Positions 20,404-30,190 of a stretch of 64,000 nt of DNA are shown in pieces (positions within the stretch are counted from its first letter, which is position 1; the number at the start of each line of letters is the position of its first letter). The notes under the pieces were generated by a model. That model was given only the letters and a program-made list of their open reading frames with translations. It made no database searches and was not told the DNA's origin. Source of the DNA: a virus; IMG/VR virus record IMGVR_UViG_3300030329_002967, positions 6,710 to 70,709 of that record; one strand, written 5' to 3'. A program made the translations under genes and the position numbers.

Positions 20404-20915
20404 TCTACAGGCTTTTCTGGAGCAGTGCTTGTACTTTTATCTGGAATAGCTTCCACCTGCGTACTAACAGAATCGCTTATTAACTGAATAACTTTTCCAG
20501 TAATAATCTCTACCTCATTAGCGTTAATAGTATTAGCTATTTTCATAGCCTCAGCGATTAATTTAGGTCTATCGCCGAATGCCAACTCAGTAGCTTTATT
20601 GACATCACAACTCTGGAGCGTAATAAATATACATATCTCCAGCAAAATATTATCAATTTCGTCAACCTCCACGCCGTCTATTAATGGACTCTTAACCTGA
20701 CTAAGCAACGCTATAGATGCCAAAGTAAGAGGCCGTAACTCTATCCCTAGCACCACATCTTTAACTCCCAGCATATCGGCAACAACAGATTGATCCAAGT
20801 CCTTCTGAACCCCCTCAATACTTTTATCGGTGTCTACCTCCTCAGGAATATTAACTTCATCATTACCTTCTTCTTTGGTAACGGACTTTCTTTTTCTAGC
20901 TACTTTCTTACTCAT
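20391..20915 (-). CDS. tail assembly chaperone (gpG-like)
   Basis: Upstream of the tape measure; ends EGND on a slippery site. Confidence 0.8.
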   Translation of the reverse strand: MSKKVARKRKSVTKEEGNDEVNIPEEVDTDKSIEGVQKDLDQSVVADMLGVKDVVLGIELRPLTLASIALLSQVKSPLIDGVEVDEIDNILLEICIFITLQSCDVNKATELAFGDRPKLIAEAMKIANTINANEVEIITGKVIQLISDSVSTQVEAIPDKSTSTAPEKPVEGND

Positions 20916-20936
20916 AATATTTGAACGTCGTGCAAA

Positions 20937-21383
20937 TTACGAACCGTCAGGATTACACCTAACCATTCCCTTCTTAATACAATTTTTCTCCTTCTTACTC
21001 CCCTCCTTAACAAATAACACCGCACTACCGCTTGGGGATTTATACGAAACGATAGGTACACTCCTAACCATATTAGCCTTTAACCAGTCCATGTTCTTAA
21101 CAGCGCACATAGCAAAAGTAAAAGGATGCTCAGGATTCTGATCTATCCATTTCATATCCTCAGAGAACGCCTTGATTAGCTCTTGGGTCTGCATAGTCCC
21201 GTCCTCAGAACACTCTTGAAAATTAAAGAGCCACTTCTCCTTACCGTCTTTTAACCGTACATGATTATGCGATTTATACTTATAAAGTGGTACGCCTACG
21301 CTCAAAAGGCATACGGCTAACTCAAGGTTTGCTACCCTAATGAAAGACGATGATTCGATATCTGAAATATTTTCCTCGCTCAC
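20937..21383 (-). CDS. hypothetical protein
   Basis: ORF in the tail module. Confidence 0.6.
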   Translation of the reverse strand: MSEENISDIESSSFIRVANLELAVCLLSVGVPLYKYKSHNHVRLKDGKEKWLFNFQECSEDGTMQTQELIKAFSEDMKWIDQNPEHPFTFAMCAVKNMDWLKANMVRSVPIVSYKSPSGSAVLFVKEGSKKEKNCIKKGMVRCNPDGS

Positions 21384-21440
21384 GGCTTCGGCTCAATCAA
21401 GGCTAGGCTCAAAGTCCACACCTTATATCTAAACTATAAA

Positions 21441-21632
21441 CTAAGTATTATCTGTAAAATTAAGACCTATAGAAAACTTAGGAGGTACAGGATCTACTTG
21501 TACATCAACCCCAACCCTTGAAGGAGGGTCAGAAAAAGGAATAGGAAGGCTTGCCCCTGTTTTAAGTGACTCGCAGGAAACCCCACAAATTAATAGCGCA
21601 ACCGCTCCGATTATAGTCAGTAACTTATTCAT
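21441..21632 (-). CDS. small lipoprotein
   Basis: MNK + hydrophobic stretch + GVSC lipobox-like motif; Pro-rich mature part. Confidence 0.6.
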   Translation of the reverse strand: MNKLLTIIGAVALLICGVSCESLKTGASLPIPFSDPPSRVGVDVQVDPVPPKFSIGLNFTDNT

Positions 21633-21649
21633 AATTATCTATCTAATAT

Positions 21650-22021
21650 TTAGCTATTTATGCCGCTATATTGAGTAGCCTTAACAGTAGTCTTAACAAA
21701 GTCTTCGTTAGTCTTCTCAATCGTAATCTCTTCAATTACATTCTTAGCTCCAGAAGTCTCTAAGTTATAATCAGATGAGGTAAGAGTAAGAGTATCTCCT
21801 ACGTTAGTAGACCCTAGCTCTCCATACCCCTCAATAGTTATCTCTGCTGTAGGATTATAAGTGGCTACGGCAACTATAATACCGCACTTATCTCTAATTT
21901 CTTTTTTATCAACTTTTTGATTTGAACTAACGCTCTGAGTAACTAAACCCAACTCATCGTCCTCAACACCAAAATCGATTGTTCCGGTGTCTCCATCTTT
22001 TAAAACTGTTCCACAAGCCAT
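21650..22021 (-). CDS. putative major tail tube protein (minimal, 123 aa)
   Basis: Lies between tail terminator and chaperone; acidic, Thr-rich beta pattern. Confidence 0.6.
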   Translation of the reverse strand: MACGTVLKDGDTGTIDFGVEDDELGLVTQSVSSNQKVDKKEIRDKCGIIVAVATYNPTAEITIEGYGELGSTNVGDTLTLTSSDYNLETSGAKNVIEEITIEKTNEDFVKTTVKATQYSGINS

Positions 22022-22082
22022 ATTATTCTATAGTAAAATTATAATTAAATTTCGCACATCAATATAAGGTGTCAATACTATT

Positions 22083-22649
22083 TTATCCAGTAGTAGTTGG
22101 AAAATTATTTGCTCTCTGCCCTCTACAGTAAGGCAATAGATCACAAGATACAGTTATATATGATTGAAATGTTAATTCAGAAGTTTCAGAATCTCCTACA
22201 GAAATAGTTAAGGGTCTATGCAATGTCTGTAAAAGCCTAGCATCCGCTACAGGAGAGGATGCCGCTGTGTCCTCAATGGCATCTCGCACTAAAGCTAACC
22301 ACTCCAAGAAACCTTTACTCGCCGAGGAATCAGTAGGGTCACGCCGAAACCACCCATGCTTCCTAGAGGTAGCAAATCTAAATGTAAGATCAAGGGACTC
22401 CACTGTATTAATATTGCCCCTAGCCGCCGTACTCCCCGATACTGGCGCACCAGCCCACAAATTCTCCACAATATTAATAGACCAAGGCTGAAGCAAAGGT
22501 AAGTCATCCTCGCCATCTACCTTTAGGGTTCCTTCAGTATCGTAATTAAGTCCATCAAGAGACTTACCTGACCCCGTATGATAAGTAAGACGCTTGTCTA
22601 TAACCCAAGCCGCCGCCGTCGCATTAAAATTATCTGTAATTGCACTCAT
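22083..22649 (-). CDS. putative tail terminator/completion protein
   Basis: Synteny. Confidence 0.5.
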   Translation of the reverse strand: MSAITDNFNATAAAWVIDKRLTYHTGSGKSLDGLNYDTEGTLKVDGEDDLPLLQPWSINIVENLWAGAPVSGSTAARGNINTVESLDLTFRFATSRKHGWFRRDPTDSSASKGFLEWLALVRDAIEDTAASSPVADARLLQTLHRPLTISVGDSETSELTFQSYITVSCDLLPYCRGQRANNFPTTTG

Positions 22650-23131
22650 TTAATTGCTTTCTTTATATATCTCTCCAAAGTTTCTCCGTATATCCTCTTA
22701 ATATGGTTTATTCGGACGATTTTCATAGCTTTAATTCCTCTAACCCTCTTAACGAAAACAAAGTCTCTCCCACTTTTAAAAGATTTACGTTTAGCTATTA
22801 CCCCTCTAGCCCCTACCCTATGCGCCCTCCTAGTCTTAGGGATAAATAAATATCCTCCTCCAGTAGCCCCATGCGCCTTAGTTCCCTTATCAAGATAAGA
22901 AGCAACTGGGGATTTATTATAAACAGACCACCCATGCCCAATCCTAGATACAAACCAAGATTGTTTAGTTTTCCCTGTAAAACCAACAGGTGTTCTATCC
23001 TTAAGATCACGCTTTACTGCATTAGCGGCAATTAGAGTATTAGCCTTAAGTCTTGAGGGGCTTAACGCCCGTTGACTCCTCTTCACTAAAGCCTTAGCTC
23101 GACCAAACTCGGCACTAACCGTAAAGGCCAT
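22646..23131 (-). CDS. HK97 gp10-like neck/tail completion protein
   Basis: Basic; RTPV..TG....SW, YL..GT..H, V.G motifs. Confidence 0.75.
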   Translation of the reverse strand: MAFTVSAEFGRAKALVKRSQRALSPSRLKANTLIAANAVKRDLKDRTPVGFTGKTKQSWFVSRIGHGWSVYNKSPVASYLDKGTKAHGATGGGYLFIPKTRRAHRVGARGVIAKRKSFKSGRDFVFVKRVRGIKAMKIVRINHIKRIYGETLERYIKKAIK

Positions 23132-23775
23132 TAAAAGAAAGTGCTATGCTGTCTCCAAGGATGTAATAAAGTCTTAGCCTCAGGAGGAACAGCCGTTTCT
23201 AAAAGTTCAGTCCTGCCCCCATCAAGACCTATCTCTTCTTTTCTATTTTCATTACTCCAGTTAGCGGCGATAAGCGTACAAGCCCTTCTAACTGCTGAAG
23301 GCATAGTAGGAGGAGGTGCGGTAGATGGATTAGAGCCGTCTAACGCATACCCGAAAGTTCCCTTTATATCCATATTTTGAATAAATGGATATGTACCAAA
23401 AACCGCTCCGGGGTGCGGAAACGTGACTGCTCCTTGTTTATAAACTATGAACTCCCCAGCCCTATAATAATAAGTATCCGCATTATACTTATCCGCATCA
23501 GCAGGACTCTCGGTATGATCGCTATATACCCATAACCCTGTAATTGTAATTATAGGCCAAGGAAAATGAACCTCGTTTTCTAAAACGTGCGCCCTAGGGA
23601 CAGTGTATGCAGTAGAAGAATAATCTTGATACCGAAAATTAGTATTGCAATAATCCTCTATAAAACGAGAGGCTAAGTTAATCTGGTTTTGATACCAAGA
23701 GGTATCAGAACTTGAAGAGTTCTTAGTCTCCTTTTGCACATCCTCCAACGTGCAATATGGCCTATCGAGTGCCAT
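23131..23775 (-). CDS. head-tail adaptor (gp6/gp15-like)
   Basis: YCTLEDV, I..ASR.IE.YC, G.FGY, P.AV..AC..IA, L.PWR. Confidence 0.75.
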   Translation of the reverse strand: MALDRPYCTLEDVQKETKNSSSSDTSWYQNQINLASRFIEDYCNTNFRYQDYSSTAYTVPRAHVLENEVHFPWPIITITGLWVYSDHTESPADADKYNADTYYYRAGEFIVYKQGAVTFPHPGAVFGTYPFIQNMDIKGTFGYALDGSNPSTAPPPTMPSAVRRACTLIAANWSNENRKEEIGLDGGRTELLETAVPPEAKTLLHPWRQHSTFF

Positions 23776-23779
23776 GCGG

Positions 23780-23944
23780 TCACTTTACCTTCCCGTATGT
23801 CTTGGCATACGCCTTAACCTCTACAACGCCTACAGTCCCGTCCTCCTCGGTAGGAGGAACGCTCTCTATCTTAACCCCTAACTCCTCAGCTAATCTAACT
23901 GCGGAACTAGTAGCTTTAATAGACTTGGCTGTTCCTTTATTCAC
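23780..23944 (-). CDS. 54-aa protein resembling an E3-binding (peripheral subunit-binding) domain (absent from ORF track)
   Basis: My translation from GTG: MNKGTAKSIKATSSAVRLAEELGVKIESVPPTEEDGTVGVVEVKAYAKTYGKVK; fills the gap exactly with a GTGA overlap. Confidence 0.6.
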   Translation of the reverse strand: MNKGTAKSIKATSSAVRLAEELGVKIESVPPTEEDGTVGVVEVKAYAKTYGKVK

Positions 23945-24123
23945 TCCGCTTTTGACTTTTTTTTTGGAGATGATGTTTTGGCTTTAGGCTTTGACTTACC
24001 GACCTCAGCGATAACTGCGTCTTTATCTTCAGCCTGTTCCCATCTACTAATCCAATCGCTTTCAGCCGCTTCACTAAGTCCTGCGGCACTAAGTGCTTTA
24101 TTTAAATCTGCTCTACTCGACAT
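23941..24123 (-). CDS. small hypothetical protein, Lys-rich tail
   Basis: ORF coupled to its neighbours. Confidence 0.55.
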   Translation of the reverse strand: MSSRADLNKALSAAGLSEAAESDWISRWEQAEDKDAVIAEVGKSKPKAKTSSPKKKSKAE

Positions 24124-24128
24124 AATAC

Positions 24129-24731
24129 TTATACGTTTATTGATTCTGGTTTACGGGTTCTCTTTCTAACGACTTTTTTCTTTGCAGTTTTAGTTTTTTT
24201 AATCGGCTTAGCTGTAACTTCGCCGTATACTCCTAAAGAGCTAATTTCGTCATTATTAAGTTTATCCCATTCATATACTCTAGCTACAGAAACAATAATA
24301 TCAACTGAATCATTTTTCAACCCTCTATATACTGGAGATCGATAAATTTTACATCCTACTGTCTCCATAGCCTTAACAATCCTATTAAGAGTATGTAAAG
24401 AATACCTAGATTGTAAAATCTTATACAGAGTAGGATGGCCCCACGCAATAGTCCTTAAATCAAAAACACTATCCACACAAAGAGGTTTAGTAATTATATT
24501 CCTTTTACGCTGTTCCTCAGAAACCTTTTTTTCTTTTAGCTCATAGTCAGGCTTCCCCTCTAACGCACCCCAATACCAATCGTATATCTCAAATACTTGA
24601 TTTTTTTGAATCCTGCCTACAGGGGCGAGAGTCTTAGGCTCACCTTTATGTTTTACTATTCTCATATAATCCCATCTTAATACTTCATTAAAAGTAGTCA
24701 AGGAAATAAAGCTTAAGACCCTTACAAGCAA
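24129..24731 (-). CDS. hypothetical protein (start likely ~24665, MRIV)
   Basis: ORF; basic C-terminus. Confidence 0.55.
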   Translation of the reverse strand: MLVRVLSFISLTTFNEVLRWDYMRIVKHKGEPKTLAPVGRIQKNQVFEIYDWYWGALEGKPDYELKEKKVSEEQRKRNIITKPLCVDSVFDLRTIAWGHPTLYKILQSRYSLHTLNRIVKAMETVGCKIYRSPVYRGLKNDSVDIIVSVARVYEWDKLNNDEISSLGVYGEVTAKPIKKTKTAKKKVVRKRTRKPESINV

Positions 24732-24760
24732 AAACCGCTAACCCCGAAGGATTAGCGGTT
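24730..24760 (-). terminator. Rho-independent terminator after the major capsid gene
   Basis: AACCGCTAATCC-TTCG-GGGTTAGCGGTT followed by a T run on the minus strand. Confidence 0.85.
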
Positions 24761-24819
24761 GCTACCTAAATTAGCGGAAGGGCGAACAAACCGCTAAAAG
24801 AGATGTGTTGGACTACAAA

Positions 24820-26559
24820 TTAAGCAGTGTAATTGTATCCTACGTTCAGTGTAGTATTGCTTGCGCTTGGTGATTCAAGCGGTGCAAAAGCTCTGCGGAA
24901 CGAAGCAATAACTTGATTCGACTGCTGAAGCTTGTCTTGGTTAACCTCAACGGTAAACCCACGCCTTGCCCCGACTACAAACTGAGGACGATTAACAAGA
25001 ACGATAGAACCCTGAGTCGTTGTAGACCCATCATAGATTCCAGCGGCGGTTAAATCCTCACGTTGGAAAGCAGATACAAGTACCTTAATTCCAAATATAG
25101 AACCAAGGGTTCCAGTAAGGAGAGTAGCATTGTTGTTTCCAACCTTATCAATCGTCTGCATTGCATCGACTTTCATAAGATCGTTATAAGCCTTCGGCCC
25201 TACGATAAACACAAGGTCAGCAGGATTGATGCCCCACTTGCCCATAGCTTTACGCATAGTAGCGAGGTTATCCTCGTCTACAGCAGTAAGGTCAGACTTA
25301 AGGTTAGCATGAACAGCCGTACCCCATCTACGAAGACCATCCCAAGCTCTACGCCTGTCAGTGGTCTGATTAGTAACAGAGCCAGTATCCATGTGAGAAG
25401 TACCAGTTGCGTCTCCATTAAGAATAACGTCTTCAAACGCTTCTACTGCACCAACAGTAAGCTGGTCAGTAACCATAGGAAGAATAGCAAGGATAGCATC
25501 TTCATCTGCCTCGTAGCTGTACTGGGTTACCCCAAGAAGCTTCTTAGCAGTAAGTGTTACCTTTGCAGTACCCGGTGATGATTCCGTAGGATCAGTACCA
25601 GCCCTAGGAAGAGCGGTAGGCTCACTACCTGACAGGTAATAAGTCGGACGAGTAGTGGTTAGCGGAAGCTCATAAGGTTGAGTCGGCATAGCAATTTCGC
25701 CAGCGGCGAACTCTGCCGCAATAGCAGACTCAAGATAAAAGCGTGACTGAAGATCACTAGACAAATCAGTAGGAACTAACTCATCACCTGAGCTAGAACC
25801 AGTAGATGTAAGTGCCTTACTACCTATTGAAGACTTGATGCTCTTAAGTTTCTGCTCACCTTTAAGGGCGGCGAACTTAAGCTGATCATCAGTGATTCCG
25901 TCATTCATGTCTGTAACAGGGGCAGAACCCTTAGCTACATTCTCACGCTGAACGTCAGAATCAGTGTTCATAACCATAAGGTTAAGTAGTTGCTTCTGAG
26001 AAACAGGCAAGTTACCTAGTCGATGTTCGACAGGGAAATTTGCGTTGAACTCACTATGCTCGACACGCTTAGGTGTACGAGTTGACTTTGAGAACTCGTC
26101 AAGTGCTTTGACTAGCTCATCTTTGGTAATACCTTGATCTGGCATGGATTTTTTGACCTCCTCTATTATTGCGTCTGTATCGACGGTTTGTGAATGTTTC
26201 TTTACGATTTCTTCGACCTCGGAAGAATCAGTAGAAGCTTCTTTAAGCTTCTCGACAAGATCATCAGCGTCTACAGCAGGTGTAGAAGGTACAGCGTCTT
26301 TTACAGCTTCACCGATAAGGGACTTAAGTTCCTCGTCTGTGACGCCTTTTTCTTCTGTTTCTTCAGCCGCTTCTTCAGCTTCTTCTCCGTCTTCTCCTTC
26401 TTCTTCAAGTGCGAACTCTTTACAGATTGACTCAACGTCAAGACCAGCCTCATTAGCTTTCTCTTCAAGAGAAGCCATAAGCTCCTGCTCTTCGTCTGTC
26501 AATCCTTCTTGCGACTTAGCCTTAAGCTGAGCCAGTTGAAGTTTTTCCTTCAGTTTCAT
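24820..26559 (-). CDS. major capsid protein (HK97 fold) with long acidic N-terminal scaffold/delta region
   Basis: G.ELVP..LS, V.L.AKKL, ED..LNGD, G.IFGI.V..S, R..F; ~245-aa acidic helical leader; downstream of the protease. Confidence 0.92.
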   Translation of the reverse strand: MKLKEKLQLAQLKAKSQEGLTDEEQELMASLEEKANEAGLDVESICKEFALEEEGEDGEEAEEAAEETEEKGVTDEELKSLIGEAVKDAVPSTPAVDADDLVEKLKEASTDSSEVEEIVKKHSQTVDTDAIIEEVKKSMPDQGITKDELVKALDEFSKSTRTPKRVEHSEFNANFPVEHRLGNLPVSQKQLLNLMVMNTDSDVQRENVAKGSAPVTDMNDGITDDQLKFAALKGEQKLKSIKSSIGSKALTSTGSSSGDELVPTDLSSDLQSRFYLESAIAAEFAAGEIAMPTQPYELPLTTTRPTYYLSGSEPTALPRAGTDPTESSPGTAKVTLTAKKLLGVTQYSYEADEDAILAILPMVTDQLTVGAVEAFEDVILNGDATGTSHMDTGSVTNQTTDRRRAWDGLRRWGTAVHANLKSDLTAVDEDNLATMRKAMGKWGINPADLVFIVGPKAYNDLMKVDAMQTIDKVGNNNATLLTGTLGSIFGIKVLVSAFQREDLTAAGIYDGSTTTQGSIVLVNRPQFVVGARRGFTVEVNQDKLQQSNQVIASFRRAFAPLESPSASNTTLNVGYNYTA

Positions 26560-26703
26560 ATTTAAGAATGATTAGATGTTTATATTTATTGATTTCTGCT
26601 GACAAACTTACTACCTATTGGGTTCAGAATCTTAAGGAGAAAAATTAATTATAGTTAATATTCATTCATTAACCTTTACGGTCAACAGTGATATTAACAT
26701 TTT

Positions 26704-27801
26704 TTAAAGTTTTTGGCGAATTTCACCACCGAAACTCTTACGGTGAGCCTTAAAAACTTTTTCTGCGTAATCAGTGTCTAACGACCTAACTTGAAATCTA
26801 GCGTCAGGATTAGCTGGAACTACCACAAGAGAAGTCTCATGGAGTCTAATCTCTTCTATACCTTTTAAGTCATCTTTATAAAAAAATGACCCTCCTATTG
26901 ATAAAGTCTTAAGACTACCTTCCATAATTTGAAACCTAACGTGCTGTGCGTCAGGATGAGGGGAGTTAGTAACCCTTCCTTTGACAAATAAACCCTTGTC
27001 CTTAACTACCCTCACCATATCATAGTGACCCATAAGATTATTTACAGACCTCATATGGTCTGTAAGCATAACAGGATTTTCCTTAAACTCAGTCAGCCAC
27101 TTATCAAATGCGTCAGGCACTATATAATCACCGTCTCTATCTTCAGGCGTAACTCCCTTAAAAGTAGAAGCAAATCCCTCAAAAGTAACATCACGGTAAT
27201 CAACGACATTTCCGTCATCGTCTGTAAGCTCAGTCGCATTAGACGCTTTACTTAAAGGATCATTAGAAAACCAAGATCTAACATCTCTATCCTTAACGGT
27301 AACCGCATCAATCTCTGTTAAATCCTCAACAGGGACATTAACGCAGGAGTCCTGAGACATAATAAGTACCCCGTCACTATTAGGGAGAGTTAACTTAACC
27401 TTCGCCTCCCCTTGTTTAATATCATCAACTACCCCAGCAATAGATGTTCCCTTCTCACTAAGCCTAAAAAACACAGTTTTGCCAACTAAAGGAACTTTAG
27501 ACTTAGGCTTTTCCTCCTCATCGCCGTACCCATCGCTAACAATTCTCTGATACTCGTCCATATTAACACAAGGCATATAAAAAGTCTCTCCATCTACAGT
27601 ATGCGTATGTGAACCAGTGCATCCTATTACTTCAGCCCTAGCCTCGGCTTCTTCAGAAGTAGTATAAGTGTCAGTCCCTACCTGTTCCTTACTTTTAGAA
27701 CCCTTAGGGTTAAAATCCTTAGAGCGTTTAACCAACTTACCTTTAATTCTATCCCAAACTGTAGCGTCCCTATTAACGCTGGTAATCTTAAATGAAGACA
27801 T
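26704..27801 (-). CDS. HK97-type prohead protease with N-terminal extension
   Basis: FEGFASTF, DRDGD.I...AF, PVML.DH, GL.V.G, LSIG, L.E.SLV.VPANP.A; N-terminal A..RA..IGC.GSH.H......YMPC motif. Confidence 0.92.
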   Translation of the reverse strand: MSSFKITSVNRDATVWDRIKGKLVKRSKDFNPKGSKSKEQVGTDTYTTSEEAEARAEVIGCTGSHTHTVDGETFYMPCVNMDEYQRIVSDGYGDEEEKPKSKVPLVGKTVFFRLSEKGTSIAGVVDDIKQGEAKVKLTLPNSDGVLIMSQDSCVNVPVEDLTEIDAVTVKDRDVRSWFSNDPLSKASNATELTDDDGNVVDYRDVTFEGFASTFKGVTPEDRDGDYIVPDAFDKWLTEFKENPVMLTDHMRSVNNLMGHYDMVRVVKDKGLFVKGRVTNSPHPDAQHVRFQIMEGSLKTLSIGGSFFYKDDLKGIEEIRLHETSLVVVPANPDARFQVRSLDTDYAEKVFKAHRKSFGGEIRQKL

Positions 27802-27838
27802 AACAGGAATTTACTTCAATTTGAACGCCGTGCAAACC

Positions 27839-28753
27839 CTATTCATAATCGATAAGATCTAAGTGCCTTTCAAAATGCACACGCCTTTGACTGCGGCTAC
27901 CATCCAACTGAGGCAAGTTGCGATAAAAGAACCTTAACCATATGCACCCAATCGGTTTTGGAGGGAACCCCTTAAGATTCTCCCAATTAACCTTACCTTT
28001 ATTATAATGATTTTTATAACTAGGGATCTGCAAATGCCATTGAGTCCTATGAACAATTTTTCCTTTAGAGGAAACATGACGCTTTGTAATAGGAAACTCC
28101 CAAGCATCGTGAGTATGGCCTTGGCAAACTATGTCAGCGTCAGAGTATACGGCCCTCCGTGATGCCTGTATTACGTTCTTAGTTACTGGGCCACCGCCTC
28201 CATACCCATGATGATAATCAATAAGATATGAGTATTGCTCTGTCTTACCCATTGAAAACACAAGTCTCACAAACCCCTGTATACTACCAGCCTGAACAGT
28301 AGATGTAGGACAAGCTACTTTTAGCCCCTCAACAAATCTACCAGTTATATCAGTTTCACACCTCTTAGATACACTAGCTTCATGGTTGCCAACCCCTACC
28401 ATAACAAAATTATCACCATAAGGGGCAAAAAATTTCACGCCAGTATCTATAACAGAGTCTATGTAATTATCCACATTATGCTCCTCCCTTATACTGCTCT
28501 TACTCCCCCTAGGGTCATATTTCCCCTGCATAAGACAGAAAAGATCCCCCGTATCTATAATCATCGCATTCCTATCTTTAGCCTTCTTAAGATGCTCTAA
28601 CTGCAAATCTGTATTAGATTTAGGATTATCCCAGTGCCTATCTGAAGTTAATAGAACCCACTGCTCCCAATTGCGTAAAGTATCTCCCTTAACATCTACC
28701 TGTATAATGTCCTTATGAGTAGAGGCTTTAAAACGTAAACCCTTTTCATTCAT
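27839..28753 (-). CDS. calcineurin-like metallophosphoesterase
   Basis: SDRH, GDLF, GNHE, HHG.GGG, GHTH. Confidence 0.85.
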   Translation of the reverse strand: MNEKGLRFKASTHKDIIQVDVKGDTLRNWEQWVLLTSDRHWDNPKSNTDLQLEHLKKAKDRNAMIIDTGDLFCLMQGKYDPRGSKSSIREEHNVDNYIDSVIDTGVKFFAPYGDNFVMVGVGNHEASVSKRCETDITGRFVEGLKVACPTSTVQAGSIQGFVRLVFSMGKTEQYSYLIDYHHGYGGGGPVTKNVIQASRRAVYSDADIVCQGHTHDAWEFPITKRHVSSKGKIVHRTQWHLQIPSYKNHYNKGKVNWENLKGFPPKPIGCIWLRFFYRNLPQLDGSRSQRRVHFERHLDLIDYE

Positions 28754-28801
28754 ATAAGGGGAATATATGCCCTAAAGCATAATTTTCCAGTTATTAACAA
28801 T

Positions 28802-29023
28802 TTAAACACCGCATATTACTTCCCCATCAGTTTCTATCCATACTTTAGCTCCGCACGGCAACGGCTTGTCAGGTGAATAAACCACCTTACAGGGAGAGTT
28901 AATAACAACCGAGTGGCAATACTCATTAGTCTTATATGTCTTAACCGTAATAACTGGTTCTCTTTTACCTGTTTTATAATTACTGCGTATCTTATGCTGA
29001 TTAATATGTATCTTTTTTTTCAT
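28802..29023 (-). CDS. conserved small phage protein
   Basis: IHINQH.I..N.K.G..EPVITVK...Y.PDKPL.CGA.VWIET. Confidence 0.7.
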   Translation of the reverse strand: MKKKIHINQHKIRSNYKTGKREPVITVKTYKTNEYCHSVVINSPCKVVYSPDKPLPCGAKVWIETDGEVICGV

Positions 29024-29049
29024 ACCAACTAAACCCTACCTTATACAAC

Positions 29050-29412
29050 TCATGCCCCCCACATCACCCTTATTCTTATCATTTCAGCCTTAAACCAAGA
29101 GAACATCTGCCCTGCGGCATCTCTGTAGTTTAGCTCAAGGGTCACTCGTTGATTAAATATAGACCCCTGCAAAGGGTTAAAGGGTCTGAACCAATTAGCA
29201 TTTGGATCTTCTTCCTGCTTTACTTCAAGAATGTACCAAATAGGTCTATCGAACGTAGAGTCAGATATAAAACTAATTTCAACCACCCCCATTGCAGGGT
29301 AATGGAAAATCTGTAATTCTGGTACAGGGGGTATTGTACCCCAATGGTCATCAGCTTTTAATAACGTAGAGGCTAAATATGTTAAAGATAGTAGGAGTGA
29401 TAGCCTCCTCAT
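29050..29412 (-). CDS. hypothetical exported protein
   Basis: Signal-peptide-like N-terminus. Confidence 0.55.
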   Translation of the reverse strand: MRRLSLLLSLTYLASTLLKADDHWGTIPPVPELQIFHYPAMGVVEISFISDSTFDRPIWYILEVKQEEDPNANWFRPFNPLQGSIFNQRVTLELNYRDAAGQMFSWFKAEMIRIRVMWGA

Positions 29413-29463
29413 AGCTTACCTTCATACCCAAAGCATCACCCCCCGTACTTAGGGATATAGAAA

Positions 29464-30015
29464 TTAATTATCTATATGATTCCACTGTTTAGCGTATGAC
29501 TCAGCGGCCTTTGACATAACAAACTGAACATACTCTTCATCAGTACCGATACCGGGATCTTCTACGGTAGTAGGCAAATCTGGGGTTCCTTCAACATAAT
29601 CTGGATTTGGAATCTCACGATCTCCTTGTTCAGCCACATAATCTGGATTTGGAATGGTAGGTTCTCCTTGTTCAGCTACATAATCTGGATTTGGAATGGT
29701 GGGATTTCCTACTGCTGGAATATAATCGTCATCCTCTGGATCTCCTTGTTCAGCCACATAATCTGGATTTGGAATAGTCTCATCTCCTCGTGCTGGAACA
29801 TAATCAGGGTTAGGAATAGTCTCTTCTCCCTCTGCTGGAACATAGTCTGGATTAATCATCTCAGGAGATCCCTCAGGTTTAATATAATCTGGATTAGGCA
29901 TCGGTGGCAAACTTTCGTTATAAGCCTCCCTTGAACTGGTAATACCAGCAAGATGCTCCTCTTCTTCAATATTTATTTCAAATTTCATTTGTGTTATCCT
30001 CTTTTTCTTCGTCAA
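29464..30015 (-). CDS. Pro/acidic repeat protein (IPNPDYV repeats)
   Basis: Seven NPDY units visible in the translation. Confidence 0.7.
   Translation of the reverse strand: MTKKKRITQMKFEINIEEEEHLAGITSSREAYNESLPPMPNPDYIKPEGSPEMINPDYVPAEGEETIPNPDYVPARGDETIPNPDYVAEQGDPEDDDYIPAVGNPTIPNPDYVAEQGEPTIPNPDYVAEQGDREIPNPDYVEGTPDLPTTVEDPGIGTDEEYVQFVMSKAAESYAKQWNHIDN
29590..29905. repeat. intragenic ~45-bp tandem repeats
   Basis: Recurrent ACATAATCTGGATTTGGAAT and TCTCCTTGTTCAGC. Confidence 0.85.
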
Positions 30016-30163
30016 TGGTTATTGCCTTAAAAGCTTCTATCGCTTCTGAAATCTTAGTTGCATTATCCTTCTCAAATGCACTTAACCCTAGGGTTTGAGT
30101 TCCAGTAGTTATTAGTTGTAGTAGTATTGTGCGTTGCTCAGTTGTCATCAAGTGATGGTACAT
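29978..30163 (-). CDS. small hypothetical protein (possible fibre chaperone)
   Basis: Directly downstream of the fibre gene. Confidence 0.45.
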   Translation of the reverse strand: MYHHLMTTEQRTILLQLITTGTQTLGLSAFEKDNATKISEAIEAFKAITIDEEKEDNTNEI

Positions 30164-30190
30164 TAAGTAATTATAGTTTCAAGGACTTTT

